64,000 nt of DNA, taken from Macrostomum hystrix (lineage: Eukaryota; Animalia; Platyhelminthes). Of this stretch, positions 1 through 13,500 are shown in pieces. Within the stretch, counting starts at the first letter, position 1. Every line of letters starts with the position of its first letter. The notes below the pieces were generated by a model. It ran no database searches. It was given only the letters and a program-made list of their open reading frames with translations, and had not been told where the DNA came from. The position numbers and the translations under genes are program-made. The stretch spans positions 4,402,001-4,466,000 of the forward strand of contig CATNEN010000008.1 in NCBI GenBank assembly GCA_950097015.1. The letters are read 5' to 3'.

Positions 1-1345
1 CGCGGGCGCGTTCTCGCACTCTCTTTCTCCTCTGTCTTTCCTGTCTGACCCATGCCAATACGGCAATAGCTTGAATCTTCTCCAAGCGCTCCCCCGCTCC
101 GTCATACCTCTCTTCCCCCCTCACTCCCGTTTTTACTCTTAATAATAAGGCTCCAGTTAACGCAATAGCGAGGCCCAGACACAAGAGACCTAATAAATAG
201 CAGTGCAAAAGAAGGAGTAGGACAAGTTCAGTAACGCCCGTAACGGAAGGTAGTAGTTTAGTTAGAATCGCTAGTGAGAAGTCTCCTTGTTGCGTGGCGT
301 GGCATCCAGTTTGTTTTTTTAGATTAAAAATTCGCAGATTGTTTGCATATGTGTAACAAAGTAGAACTATGAAATAATAGCAAAATAAAGAAATAGACAA
401 AGAGTAATAAGGCAGTCTAAAGTTACACGATCCTAAGCGGTCAACAAAAATAGATCCCATTGTTCCTATTATTTTGGTTGCCATCCAGTCCTAACATTAC
501 GCTATCTGCATGAACAGGCGCCGATTACCCGTTATTCAATTCGTGCATCAGGCCGACCCAAAGGGAGTTGTCGCCAGGTAAGTCAGATAACCCAGGTGTA
601 TTTATTTAATTATCCTGTACTTACAGTTTACAGTAAACGAACCCCACTTAGCATCTCACAGTAGCACTTAAGGGAACAGCTGGTTCGGTGGGGTGGAGTC
701 TGTCTGGCCAGATCACGAAGACAAATTCCGAACAAACTAGATATATAAAAGTGCACGCTGCCACTGGGATCCGACCGCGTGGGAGAAAGGATTTTTTCGA
801 GCCTCAATTCGGATGGTTCGTTGAGGTAACGGAGGACTCGTCGAGGGGGGGTCCGTCCGGGCCTCAAGCTGATTACGCGAACAGCGACGGGCCGTGGGCT
901 TTGAGTTGGGACGGGAGAGGGAGAAAAATAGACGATTCGATAGGCCCTTCCACTATTCCTCTATGGAGGCGCGTCCTGATTCTCTCCCATCTCACCATAC
1001 GTATGTGTGTATATAGCTAACTGCCGGCATTCTCTCATCTTCCCCCAATTTCCAATTCTACATTTGGGTGAGCTGTGGGGCCAGCGAGCGGGCGGAGGAG
1101 GGATAAGAGTACGGGGGAGGGGCTAGAGCCTCCCATTCAAATCAATAGAGAGGGGTAGACGCTTGGCTGCTGGGCAAGATGTGCTGCTCATTCAAGCATT
1201 CCCCGGCCATTTAAAACTGTTTTCACCCTGCGCTGTTAGTCCCTCTTGTCCTCGATCTCTTCAAGCTAATCATTTGTCGATCAAGTTGATCATCCCAATC
1301 TTCTATTATGTACTTCATGTTATAAAACTTAAAAGCAGCTTAGCA

Positions 1346-2240
1346 GCTGACCAAAATCATTGATGAGGTGATGCTGCTGACCAAAATCATTGATGAGGTG
1401 ATGCTGCTGACCAAAATCATTGATGAGGTGATGCTGCTGACCAAAATCATTGATGAGGTGATGCTGCTGACCAAAATCATTGATGAGGTGATGCTGCTGA
1501 CCAAAATCATTGATGAGGTGATGCTGCTGACCAAAATCATTGATGAGGTGATGCTGCTGACCAAAATCATTGATGAGGTGATGCTGCTGACCAAAATCAT
1601 TGATGAGGTGATGCTGCTGACCAAAATCATTGATGAGGTGATGCTGCTGACCAAAATCATTGATGAGGTGATGCTGCTGACCAAAATCATTGATGAGGTG
1701 ATGCTGCTGACCAAAATCATTGATGAGGTGATGCTGCTGACCAAAATCATTGATGAGGTGATGCTGCTGACCAAAATCATTGATGAGGTGATGCTGCTGA
1801 CCAAAATCATTGATGAGGTGATGCTGCTGACCAAAATCATTGATGAGGTGATGCTGCTGACCAAAATCATTGATGAGGTGATGCTGCTGACCAAAATCAT
1901 TGATGAGGTGATGCTGCTGACCAAAATCATTGATGAGGTGATGCTGCTGACCAAAATCATTGATGAGGTGATGCTGCTGACCAAAATCATTGATGAGGTG
2001 ATGCTGCTGACCAAAATCATTGATAAGGTGATGCTGCTGACCAAAATCATTGATGAGGTGATGCTGCTGACCAAAATCATTGATGAGGTGATGCTGCTGA
2101 CTGATAGAATTGATGATGTGATGCCGCTGACTAATGGAATTGATGAGGTGAGGCTGCTGACTAATGGAATTGATGAGGTGATGCTGCTGACGGATAGAAT
2201 TGATGAGATGATGCCGCTGACTAATGGAATTGATGAGGTG
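1346..2240. repeat. 30-bp minisatellite (CTGACCAAAATCATTGATGAGGTGATGCTG), about 25 near-identical copies plus about 5 degenerate copies at the 3' end
   Basis: Identical 60-nt lines from 1381 to 1980 show an exact 30-bp period. There is a single GATAAG variant near 2022, and the array degenerates from 2100 to 2240. Confidence 0.98.
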
Positions 2241-3480
2241 ATCTATGGGATGAACATTTTATTTGAGTCATTTTCCTGTTATCCCGAGTAAGCTAAGTAG
2301 TCTTTAATTCCCATTGGTGCGAGCTTCTGTATCTGAATTTTGAGTTGTCGATGCTGACCTCATTACGTTTAAATGGGGAAAATAAATCGACACTGGCTGG
2401 CCCTTGGTGCTCACAGAGCTGAGTAGTGTCGCTTCGGGCAAAAAGAATTGAATCTTGAGTACATTTTAAGGTTATATTGGTCTCCAATGCAATATAATCG
2501 ATCAAAGTTTCTTCTGCTGTTGCTGTGCTAATTTTGAGACTTTCAAAAAGGTTAAAAAGCTATCTTTGGGTCAAGCAACGCAATCAAGAAGTCAAACCCG
2601 TAGAGAAAATTGCATTTCTGCGACATTGAGGAGCGGAGCTGCAATTTTTTCTGAGACCATGAAATCTACATCAGTTTTTTTCTGCTCACTGTGCTCACAG
2701 TACACTCGATTTGCCAGCTGCTCAGGCGATAGAGGATGAGCCCAAATCCTTGGGCCACTCCGATCTCAGGGTGGGGGAGGGGGTAAGTGTTTGGACGAGC
2801 AAATTGAGAATCTATAAGATATAGATTCGAGCACTGGTCTCTCATTGATGGGTTCAAGTCCACGCGAACTTCATGCTGTCCCCTCCCTTCCTCCCTGGCA
2901 ACTCTGTCCCCGTTCCCTCATCACCTCAGATCCCCTCGCTGAGTAGATTTGAACTTCTAACAGTCTGCGCGAGCTTCATTCCTCACTGGCTGTGTCCTCG
3001 AAAGAATTCTGGTTTGACCCCTTCCGTTGGACGGTATTACCTAACTGCACTGCTGCTTTAGCTGAGACTCATACCTAGTAAGTGAATTCTTTTTCTCGTC
3101 TCTCCCACGTCTCTCAGCCCCCCGTGTTGTCGCAGCTGGATTGCGTAACCAGCTTGACCAATTCAATTGCCCCCACCCCAAAGACGTCTCTCTTGCCCTG
3201 CCCTCACCTGACCTCCGCTGACCTCCGGGCCTCCCCAACACCCAACTGAAATCTGACATTCGATTCAACAGCGCAAATTTATTCATCTGTACTAGTTTCT
3301 AGTTTTACAGTTTTTAAGCTTGCGATAAGTTATCTCTTTAGTAGGCAAATTATCGCCTTAGTAGGCCAATTATACCCTCAGTTCATCCCACAGTGCAAAT
3401 CCCTTCAAACTGTCCCCACCCGAGATTGACAAATTATCAGCCTCACGCTGGTAAATTAATCCCACCTTAATTTATCCCAG

Positions 3481-5947
3481 CGACCAGCCGCAGCGCAACT
3501 CGGCGGCGTCTCCCTCGGATGCAAAATTAGGAAAGTCGCGACTGTCCTTATTGAATTGCACGACGACGACGACGACAAACGCTGACGTCGGATCCGACGA
3601 TTTGGCCGATTCGCCGAGTGGGGGCGGCGCCGACTCGTCCGACCTGGGGTTCAGCGTCAAGGAGGAAGCCTCGGTGGACGCTGCCGGGGCGGCCAGTCTG
3701 GGCGGCGCATCGGGGGCCGCCGGCATGTCTAGCGGCGACGAAGACAGTCTGACTTCGGGCGGCGGGCCGCCGCCAGCCAAGAAGTCCAAGTCGTCAGCCG
3801 CCTCCGGGGCGGCCTCTGGCGCGTCGCTGAAGAAGGACGAGAAGTACTGGGAGCGGCGGCGGAAGAACAATGAGGCCGCTAAGCGGAGTCGAGAGAAACG
3901 ACGGCTCAACGATGTGGCGATGGAGCAAAGGATTAACGAGCTGACGCAGGTGAGCCTTGAAGTCATCGTTTTTTTGTTCTTTTTTTCTGAAAACCTCGTA
4001 TTGTTTCCGAAATTGGTTAATCATGTTAATCAGTTAAATTTGATTTCTAAATTTTAAATTCGTGTTTCGGAGTTGTAGATTCGGGTGTGGAATTTGTAGA
4101 TTCGGGTTTGGGATTTGTAGATTCGGGTTTGGGATTTGTAGATTCGGGTTTGGGATTTGTAGATTCGGGTTTGGGATTTGTAGATTCGGGTGTGGGATTT
4201 GTGGATTCAGGTGTGGAATTTGTAGATTCGGGTGTGGGATTTGTAGATTCGGGTGTGGGATTTGTAGATTCGGGTTTGGGATTTGTGGATTTAAGTGTGG
4301 AATTTGTAGATTCGGGTTTGGGATTTGTAGATTCGGGTTTGGGATTTGTAGATTCGGGTTTGGGATTTGTAGATTCGGGTTTGGGATTTGTAGATTCAGG
4401 TGTAGAATTTGTAGATTCGGGTGTGGGATTTGTAGATTCGGGTTTGGGATTTGTAGATTCGGGTTTGGGATTTGTGGATTCAGGTGTAGAATTTCTAGAT
4501 TCGGGTGTGGGTTTTTATAGATTCGGGTTTGGGATTTGTAGATTCGGGTTTGGGAGTTGTGGATTCGGGTTTGGGATTTGTAGATTCGGGTTTGGGATTT
4601 GTAGATTCGGGTGTGGGATTTGTAGAATCGGGTTAGGGATTTGTAGATTCGGGTGTGGGATTTGTAGATTCGGGTGTGGGATTTGTAGATTCGGGTTTGG
4701 GATTTGTAGATTCGGCTGTGGGATTTGTAGATTCGGGTTTGGGATTTGTGGATTCGGGTTTGGGATTTGTGGATTTGGGTGTGGGATTTGTAGATTCAGG
4801 TGTGGGATTGTAGTTTCGGATTTGGGATTCCAAATTTCGGGACAGTTCCTTGGTAAGCAGGATCTACTATAAAAATCACAGCTTTTTAGCCTAGCCTCTT
4901 TTGTGGTAATTTCCTATCTATCTAGAAAATTTTTCTCCCAAAATCAGCTCAGCTGCTGAACAGGCCTTTGAGCATTCGTTTCAGTCTGTGAGCATTGTGA
5001 GCCCTCGTCTTTTGAAGTCTTGTTGCCGCGGGTGCGAATCTGAAATCGGTATCACCTTCTGTGTCTAACAAGCTTTCCAATTAGACGTGATGTTATTTTT
5101 AGTAGTGCCTATGCTATCATCTTCAAAGCAAGGACCACAAGAAGAAGGACGGGACACTTTGTTTCTTGGAAATGTGAACTTCCAACTTCCAATGTGAAAA
5201 TGTAAATTTTCCGTGAAATTCTGCTATTATTCAACTTTCCAGGAAGCGAAGTGTCCAATCCCTCTTCTTCTAGTACTCCTTGTCTTAAAGACGCATTCAT
5301 ATTGATGTCTATGGTTGATATTGCAGGAGAACGCGCTGCTCAGAATCGAGCTCAACACAATCAAGAAGCGATTCGGTTTGCCGATCAGCTCAGCAGACAG
5401 CGCCTCCGCTGCCTCGGCTGCGGCTGCGATTGCGGCGGCCGCCTCCATTGGTTCCGCCGACGAGGATGAGTCGGCGAAGCCCTCGCCGGCGCCTTCGCAG
5501 CAGCCTGCTTCGCCGCCTCCACCTCCGCCGCCACCGCCGCCGCCGCCGGCACTGCCGACTCTGTCGTCTCAACCGACGGCAACAGCAACAGCAGCGTCGA
5601 CTCCTTCACTGACATCGTTGGATAATGAGTCAAGTTTATCAAAGAGTTCGGCGCCGGCCGCAGACGCGGCAGCCGTCAACTTCGGCCTGGTGACGACTGG
5701 TTCGCCCGCCCAGATCGGCAGCCTGTCGTTTTTCAACCTGCTGTCGAATTACGCCGCAGCTGCGCCGCAGGGCCTAGCCTGCGGCCTGGCTTTTAAGCCA
5801 GCCATCATGACAGCTCCGACTGTAGTGGCACCCGCGCCAGCAGTTGTGCCCGCTGCTGATCAGGCCGAACCGCTGGATCTAACATTGTGCCAGGGCCAGC
5901 TGCAAATTGCTGGTGAGAAGCCAAATCTGCACTTTCTGTCTTTTTAG
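3481..5947 (+). CDS. NFIL3: NFIL3/E4BP4/vrille-type bZIP transcription factor; exons about 3481-3949 and 5327-5947; true 5' end uncertain
   Basis: Splicing CAG|GTGAG (3949/3950) to TTGCAG|GAG (5326/5327) in phase 0 gives [58 protein letters not shown]. This matches the NFIL3/vrille basic region and zipper ([28 protein letters not shown]...KFGL). The frame stays open back to the acceptor at 3480, and the first in-frame ATG is near 3725. A possible further donor, G|GTGAG, lies at 5912/5913. Confidence 0.88.
4065..4830. repeat. 21-bp minisatellite (GGGATTTGTAGATTCGGGTTT) inside the NFIL3 intron
   Basis: Direct tandem periodicity of 21 nt with point variants (TTT/TGT, TAG/TGG). Confidence 0.97.
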
Positions 5948-5984
5948 CAGCATTTTCTACTTCCTAGATTGTTGCTTCACTCTA

Positions 5985-6530
5985 CATCCACTTGGATTCT
6001 CAGCTGTTTCCACTTCGTTGCTCGGCTGTTTCCACTTAGTTGCTCGGCTGTTTCCACTTAGTTGCTCGGCTGTTTCCACTTAGATTCTCGGCTGTTTCCA
6101 CTTCGTTGCTCGGCTGTTTCCACTTCGTTGCTCGGCTGTTTCCACTTAGTTGCTCGGCTGTTTCCACTTAGATTCTCGGCTGTTTTCGCTTAGATACTTG
6201 GCTGTTTCCACTTAGATTCTCGGCTGTTTCTGCTTAGATTCTTGGCTGTTTCCACTTAGATTCTCGGCTGTTTTCGCTTAGATTCTCGGCTGTTTTCGCT
6301 TAGATTCTTGGCTGTTTCCAATTATATTCTCGGCTGTTTCCACTTCGTTGCTCGGCTGTTTCCACTTCGTTGCTCGGCTGTTTCCACTTAGTTGCTCGGC
6401 TGTTTCCACTTAGATTCTCGGCTGTTTCCGCTTAGATTCTGGACTGTTTTTCCACTTAGATTCTCGGCTGTTTCCGCTTAGATACTTGGCTGTTTCCACT
6501 TAGATTCTCGGCTGTTTCCGCTTAGATTCT
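5985..6530. repeat. 22-bp minisatellite (CTCGGCTGTTTCCACTTAGATT/TTG) filling the gap between the two bZIP ORFs
   Basis: Tandem 22-nt units are visible from about 6000 to 6530. Confidence 0.95.
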
Positions 6531-6583
6531 CTAGGTATAAGGATAGCTGGCCTGAAGGAGGGTTGCTGAGGAGTGGAATCAGA

Positions 6584-7198
6584 ATGAAGGACAGAATGTC
6601 AAGCCTCCCAATCAAACCTTCATCCTCGCCAGCCGCAGTGCGTCGGCACCAGCTGCACCAGCACCTGCAGCACCTTCACCAGCAACGGCAGCAGCAGCTG
6701 CAGAGGCCGCGCGCCGCCCTGGTTAGCAGCGACAACGACTTCGATCGCGATGATCGCGACGCCGGTCAAGTCGCCCGCGGCCCCAATGGGCAGGCCGAGG
6801 CTCGGCAGCTCGGACTCCGCATTGTGTCGGATGACCAGCCGGCCCTGGTCCTGCCGCACTCCGTTGAAGACGAAGAAGAGAACAGTGACCGCGCCGAGGA
6901 CAACGATGATGACGGGGTTGGCAGTCAGGGCAAGCAGTACCAGGAGCACCGCAGGCGGAACAATGAAGCTGTGAGAAGATGCCGGGAGAACAAGCGCCAG
7001 CATCAGCAGCAGCAGCCGCCGCAGCAGCCGCAGCTACAGTTGCAGCTCAGGCCTGACACGGGCAGCCGGTTTGAGGCCGAGAACCGGAAGCTCAGGCAGG
7101 AGCTCACTAGCCTCAGCACCGAGGTGCAGGAGCTCCGGAATCACGTGCTCGGTGGCGGTGGCGGCGGCGCCTCTGTTGTTAAGACCGAGTCCAGGTAG
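6584..7198 (+). CDS. C/EBP/PAR-like bZIP protein with a Gln/Pro insertion between the basic region and the leucine zipper
   Basis: ORF 6563-7198 has its first ATG at 6584. The basic region YQEHRRRNNEAVRRCRENKR and the zipper FEAENRKLRQELTSLSTEVQELRNHVL resemble C/EBP-type bZIPs. Codon usage is GC-rich and coding-like. Confidence 0.78.
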   Translation: MKDRMSSLPIKPSSSPAAVRRHQLHQHLQHLHQQRQQQLQRPRAALVSSDNDFDRDDRDAGQVARGPNGQAEARQLGLRIVSDDQPALVLPHSVEDEEENSDRAEDNDDDGVGSQGKQYQEHRRRNNEAVRRCRENKRQHQQQQPPQQPQLQLQLRPDTGSRFEAENRKLRQELTSLSTEVQELRNHVLGGGGGGASVVKTESR

Positions 7199-8861
7199 AC
7201 AGACGCGTCCTTAGCAACGAACCGTCGGGTGTGCTCAAAGAGGTTTAGCTCTCAAAGTAATTATCTATTGATAAATTCACGTTCTCTGCTCTCAAAATAT
7301 TCGGAGACATATTCTTGCATTGTTACTGTTAGTAGTCTGAACTCATTAGCACGATTGCTTAGCGCCAGCGGTTTCCAACTGTTTGCCTGTTGAGATCTAA
7401 TCTTTTAATATCCCATATCTATGGGCGTACTTCTGCACAATATTCTGCATGGAGGTCTGCTAAGGCATTATTTTTCTCTTTAACAAACTCCTTATTCTGC
7501 GCCACTGTCCAGCCTACCAGCCCCTTTAACTATCAGTTATTCGAGCTCTGTCTCCATGAGCTTTCTGTTTTGTTGCACTTTCCGAATGTGTGTACAGTTA
7601 TTTTTTGTAAATAAGTGTCTCTATTGTTTGTTTGCTTAAATTTGAAATATTATTTTACCATTGGCAGTGGTATGCAGTTTTTTTGGAATGCCACTTCTTT
7701 TACTCGCAGATTGTTATTAGTGTTCCCATTTTGGGATTTTTCTTGCTATGATCTTGTGCGCTTGTACACTTTTCAAGCGGATGTATTTTAGTTAAAAAAG
7801 ACTTGTCATTAATCAAGATGTTTAACTAGGCAACAGAAATGTCACCTTAGCAACGAGAGTTTCCCTTAGCAACAGAAACCGTACCACCGGGCGCTAAACT
7901 TAGTTAAATATGGTTCGCCTTAGAATGCTTCCTTAGTAACAAATTGTCTCTCCCTAGCAACGAAAGCCTCCCTTATTGTTTTGGGTTATTTACTATTATG
8001 GGTAATAACTATTATGTACAACTAAAGTATCTAAAGTAGCCGATAATGTATTTTAAAATAGTTGCATTGTTCTTATTCATGATTTTTTTGTAAAAAACCG
8101 CATTCAGTTTCGATTGTACACACCCACGCACTCACGACGCCACCAATACATTGTCACTGCTAATATACCTTTATCTCTGTCAGCTTTTTGTTTGTTTGTT
8201 ATGTTATAAATTTGCTTCCGCCGACGAAACGAAGAAAAAGAAAGCTTTACTTTCCCATTTTATCTGCCAGATATACAGTTAGTACACAGCGTCACTACTC
8301 AATATCTTCCCGTGCTCGATAACTGAAGCACCAGTTCTGTTCTGTACGACCTGTTTCTGCGCCATATTCATTCATCTCATCTCTTTTTGTGTGTTTGTGT
8401 TTTTTAATTCGCATATATTCAACCCAGTCGCTTGCAGCTACTCACGAATCATTCATAAAAATACTACTCGCCGTAGTAGTATATGTTTAGTTTTTACTAA
8501 AACTGACAACAGATACTACTTAAAGTAGAATGTTTTTAATGAAATCCACAAGATCACAAGCGGAAATGCAACATCTGGCGAGTGTGAAAGCAGTAGATTG
8601 TTCGGCAAACAATTTTCACATCACTCTATATCTCCATTTATGGTACATTAATATTTTTTCGATTTTATAGCACGTGTTTAAATATATATCTGTCCCTGAA
8701 ACTGACACGGAATCGGTATTGCGAATATTTGACGGCCTTGAGCGATGACGACCTGAATTGACGCTCGTCAGCCTTCTGTTGCTTATTTTAGAATAGTAGT
8801 AGTTTTGCCAGAACTTTCCTTGTCATTTAGTAGCTCGACTAGTACATGTACATTCCCGGTC

Positions 8862-9272
8862 ATCTAGTAACTCGGCAAAAACATTCCCTGTTATCTAGTA
8901 ACTCGGCCAAAACATTCCCTGTTATCTAGTAACTCGGCCAGAACATTCCCTGTTATCTAGTAACTCGGCCAGAACATTCCCTGTTATCTAGAAACTCGGC
9001 CAGAACATTCCCTGTCATGTAGTAACTCGGCCAGAACATTCCCTGTCATCTAGTAACTAGGCCAAAACATTCCCTGTTATCTAGTAACTCGGCCAGAACA
9101 TTCCCTGTCATCTAGTAACTCGGCCAGAACATTCCCTGTCATCTAGTAACTCGGCCAAACCATTCCCTGTTATCTAGTAACTCGGCCAGAACATTCCCTG
9201 TTATCTAGTAACTCTCGGCCAGAACATTCCCTGTTACTAGTAACTCGGCCAGAACATTCCCTGTTCTCTATG
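8862..9272. repeat. 31-bp minisatellite (ACATTCCCTGTTATCTAGTAACTCGGCCAGA), about 13 copies
   Basis: A period of 31 nt was measured from 8881 to 8912 and continues to about 9270. Confidence 0.96.
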
Positions 9273-10554
9273 TAGGTCTATAAATAATGTGTTGTTAAAT
9301 TCAAGTTCAGCAGAACCAACAAAAACGTAATCCATGTTATGTGTAGCAATAGAAGCTTTTACTTTATATACCATAACTTTTTGCTGCGGAGTTGAAGTAA
9401 TAAAACAAAAACTATGTTTTATTTCTGTAGTTTTAGTAAGTCGTTTTTATAACGTGATTTTAGTAAATTTTTATAATTTATATACATATATTCTTTAAGA
9501 ATTTATATATGCTTAAAGAGAAAATTGTATTCGCGCAGTAATGTAAATGCATTTTCAAAATAGTTTTTCGTTTTTCGTTTCGCATTAGATATAAACGTTG
9601 AAGTTTCCGTAGATAAGTATTGATAATTTGTGTTTCGTTAGTAATTCCAGTTGAGTATTTGGTGCCTACTGTTTTACTAATATTAGAATGGCATAGCTTA
9701 TCTGAACCTGTTGGTGTTTGTAAAGTTCCGCCAGAATATATTGTTATAGATTTTGTATTAGTTTATTTAGTTATGATACTTGTTCCTTGCTGCAATTATA
9801 TGCATCATTTCAGTTTTATTTACGTCAATTTTATGTAGCAATCCAGTTTGTGCAAAGAAAAAAGCAAGCTTAACATAATTTTGAGAAGTCAAGTATTGTC
9901 AAATAAAAATTGATAGTTTAATTCCAAGATATTGATATATTATATGAAAAAACTATGTACCTTAAAGATATATCCCATTATTCCCTGTTGTTAACACAAT
10001 AAGGTGAAAAAACATGACAAATAATTTTTTTATTGCTTAAACTAAGTAGCAAAATTCTGTAGTCTATGTTTAAGAAAGAATTATAGAGTCAGACAGTTGT
10101 GACAATGAAGTATTTTTAGACTGTAATAATAATCAATGCATACTTTTTTGTTAAAAAGTATAAGGACAAATGAGTTTCAACTGCTTTAAAAAATGTTTAT
10201 TTGATCATTTGATTTGGTTATTCAGGTGCATTATAATTTTCTTCTTTGCTCATAAGAAATATGTAAAAATGACTATGACACAAAAAACTTATGAAAAGTA
10301 ATACTAACTATGTCTCGTATTATGTATCTATGTATCTAGGTATATATCTATATCTATCCATGCATGTACTATCTATGTAAAAGTTCTATGGTGAGTCCCA
10401 GCACTGCTGACCATACTGGCAGAAACAAAGTTATTCTGATGTCTGGTGATGGCATGCAATGTATTACATCCAATGTGCCTAGAAATCACCATTTTAATCA
10501 CCACTTACAGCTACTAGCCAATCACAAGCCAGGCGAGCACACTGCTGAGCAGAG

Positions 10555-13500
10555 ATGCACTCACGTGGCATAATTCTGCGAGGCCAGTCTGAGAGCTTGA
10601 CTGACCGAATCCGTGGCCTCCTAGCTGAGTACTCCGATGGCCTGGCGGTGCCCAAGGAGCTGCTTCAGAACGCTGACGATGCTGGTGCCACAGAGGTGAC
10701 ATTGGTGCTGGACACGCGTAGCCACCAGGACCGACGCAGCACCCTGCTGGACCCGCGGCTGGCCGAATGGCAGGTGAGAATATTAGCTGGGTTTGTGGCG
10801 GCTTGAGTTGAAGAAGGCAGCCTAACTATCAGTGGGCAATGGTCAACAATCTCCGTTTTCCACGCTGGTGTCCATGCAGGGTGCCTGCCTGTGGGCCTAC
10901 AATGATGCCGAGTTCACACAGCGTGACTTCGAGAATCTCTGCCGTCTAGGAGGTGCCACCAAGCGAGAGCGGCTGGACGACGGCCAAGTTGGAAAATTCG
11001 GACTCGGATTCAATGCCGTGTACAATCTCACTGACGTTCCGTCAATTCTTAGCGGCCACTGGCTGCAGGTGAGCGTTTGCTGGGCTTATAGCTGTTAGTC
11101 GTCGGGGCGTTCTATTTTTTAAGCGAAACATCAGACTCTTCCTAGCTCGAGTTCATTGAACGTTTCCTGTGTAGAATTTACGCCACAAAAATATATAATA
11201 ATAATTAATTGCAGGAGGGATGCAGGAAATGGCACACCATTTAGTGACACCCGCACCCAGCGAGGAGGCCATTCTGCCCATTCCACTGACTCCTGAGCAC
11301 ACACTCACACAGGTGTGTACATCTGCCCTGACTTTCTCACCTTGGAGGTTGGCCCTCATGTGCGTAAACTTCCCGAAAAGCCACCGAGCCTTCTCTCCGC
11401 AAAGAATCTGGCCTTGCCGCGGAATCGAGCTCAGGGACCTTGGTGCGAGAGGCAAACGCGTGAACCGCTCTGCCACCGACCCCCCCCCCTATATGTAGTA
11501 CATGTAAAAGCCCAATTCCTTCTTCATCGCAGATACTGGATCCGCACAGCGACCTAGTTGGTGGAGGTCACCTAGAGGATCTGTTTCAGCGAATGGGACA
11601 GCGACAGACCGGAGTGACGCTGGACATCTCAGCGGATGAGGAACTCGTGCTCAGGGAGTTCAGAGACCAACTGGCTCCATTTCAGGTAATTCTTAGGGCT
11701 TAAACGACTTTTGTTTCGAGACAGGATACGTTGTTCAGCTGTCTGAACAGGCTTTAGCCTGAGCAAGTCCTTTATATAAGACATGCTTTTCTTTTCTATC
11801 TTAGAAATCTCTACCGCCGATTGAGTCTTCTCACAGGTCCATTGGTTAACATAACTTGTGAGATTATGGCTAAACTGTTATGAGTTTATCGCTAAGCTAG
11901 GCTTGTGCGTATGCTATGTGCATCTCAAATTGCTGAGCAGCTATTATTTGACAGGGCGTGCTTGAGGCTAAGACAACGAAGTCACATTGCCTACCATCCA
12001 CGCAATTTCCTTCGCCAGGGCATGCTAGGCTGCGACCTGCGGCTTGGCCAGGCCTTCCGTGGCACGCTGATCCGCATGCCGCTGCGGCCGCAGTCCCTGG
12101 CCAGGAGGTCTCGGATCTGCCAGCGCGCCTACTCGGTGAGCGATGCGTGGTCGCTGCTGCGCCAGACTGCCGAGCGGGCCTCAAGCCTCATCATGTTTGC
12201 CCAGTCAGTGCGACGACTGACTCTGGCGTATAGGGGCGAGGGCGACACCGACTGCAAGGTTCGGTTTGAATGCGATTGTGGCGGTGGGAACTCGAGTTCG
12301 GGTTTCAGACTCACAGGTATTGTGTAGGTGGGAACTCGAGTTCAAGTGGTCTGTCGCACATGGCCATGCATCTCCCGCAGATTCTGCTGGTGGTCGAGCG
12401 CAGTCTGCAGCAGTGCTACTCGGGCCACGGCCTGCCGACACCGGGCGTGACTGAGCCGCTATCGGTGCAGTGCAGCCTGCTAAAAGCGTACCGGGCCCTT
12501 CTGAAAAAGCAGCAGCAGCAGCCAGTGCTGTGCAGCTTTACGATGCTTGTGAGCGTCCGTCAGCCGCTATGTTTGTCTCAGCAGGCCAATCAAGGATTTG
12601 GGATGAGCAGAATCGCGGAAGTCGGTGAGCACCGCTGGCTGGTGACTTCAGCGCTCGGTGGCTCAGAGGCGATTCGGATGGCTGCCGATCACCCCAGCCT
12701 GGCTCTGTCACCTGTTGGCTCAGTTGCTGTCCGTATGGAGGCCTCTTCAATGACACCATTGCCGCTGCCGACCTCTGAGGCGGCCGTGTTCTGCTTCCTG
12801 CCGCTGCCGGCTGGCGCAGAGACGCCGCCCTTCCCGGTGTTGCTGAATGGCGCCTTCGCGCTCACGTCCAGCCGACGCCACCTGCTGGAGTCGACAGGGG
12901 ACGACAGGCGCGGCGAGTGGAGCCCGGGCCAGTGGAACGCCTGTCTGTTGTCGAGTGTGCTGGCGCCAGCCTACCTGAAGACACTACAGCTGCTGGCAAG
13001 GTATCGAGCTCCTGCTCAGGCAGCTCTGGGTCTGTGGCCTCAGAGCCAGGTGCGTTTATGCAGTGTTGCTCGCGCTCAGCCATGTTTGTTTTATTTCGAG
13101 CTTAAATTCACGAAAAGTGCAGTCTAAGATTTTCATGATTTTATAAAAAGAAATTTACGTTATGCTGATCGCACTTCGCTAACTGCTCTTCGACCCTCAG
13201 ATAAGCCGCCTGTGGGAGCCGCTCGCCCTCCAGTTGTACAATTTAGCCTTCAGCAAAAATGGTCCGGCTCTGTTTCCCAGCTCTGAAGGCTGGCGCGGAG
13301 TCGACAACTGCAAGTTCGCCGATCCGAGCTTGAAAACTCTGACCCCGGTTGCTGAGACACTATTGAACGCCATCTCTGACGGACTCGTGTGGTTCACACC
13401 TGAGATGCACGCCGCCGCAATGAAGTTTGCAGGTGCTATGTACGAGAGCCGGTTCCTGTCCGCTGAAGACGGAGTTCTGCTTGTTCTCGACTCCGCCTCG

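Noticed and set aside
1-1160. Possible LTR, PBS or small ORF (688-1020) at the window start
   Set aside because: No TG..CA pair, second copy or recognisable protein motif was found, so it is left unannotated.
1340-2291. ORFs of 246-307 aa (MLLTKIIDEV / MILVSSITSS repeats)
   Set aside because: They are translations of the 30-bp minisatellite, open on both strands only because the unit is 3n and stop-free in those frames.
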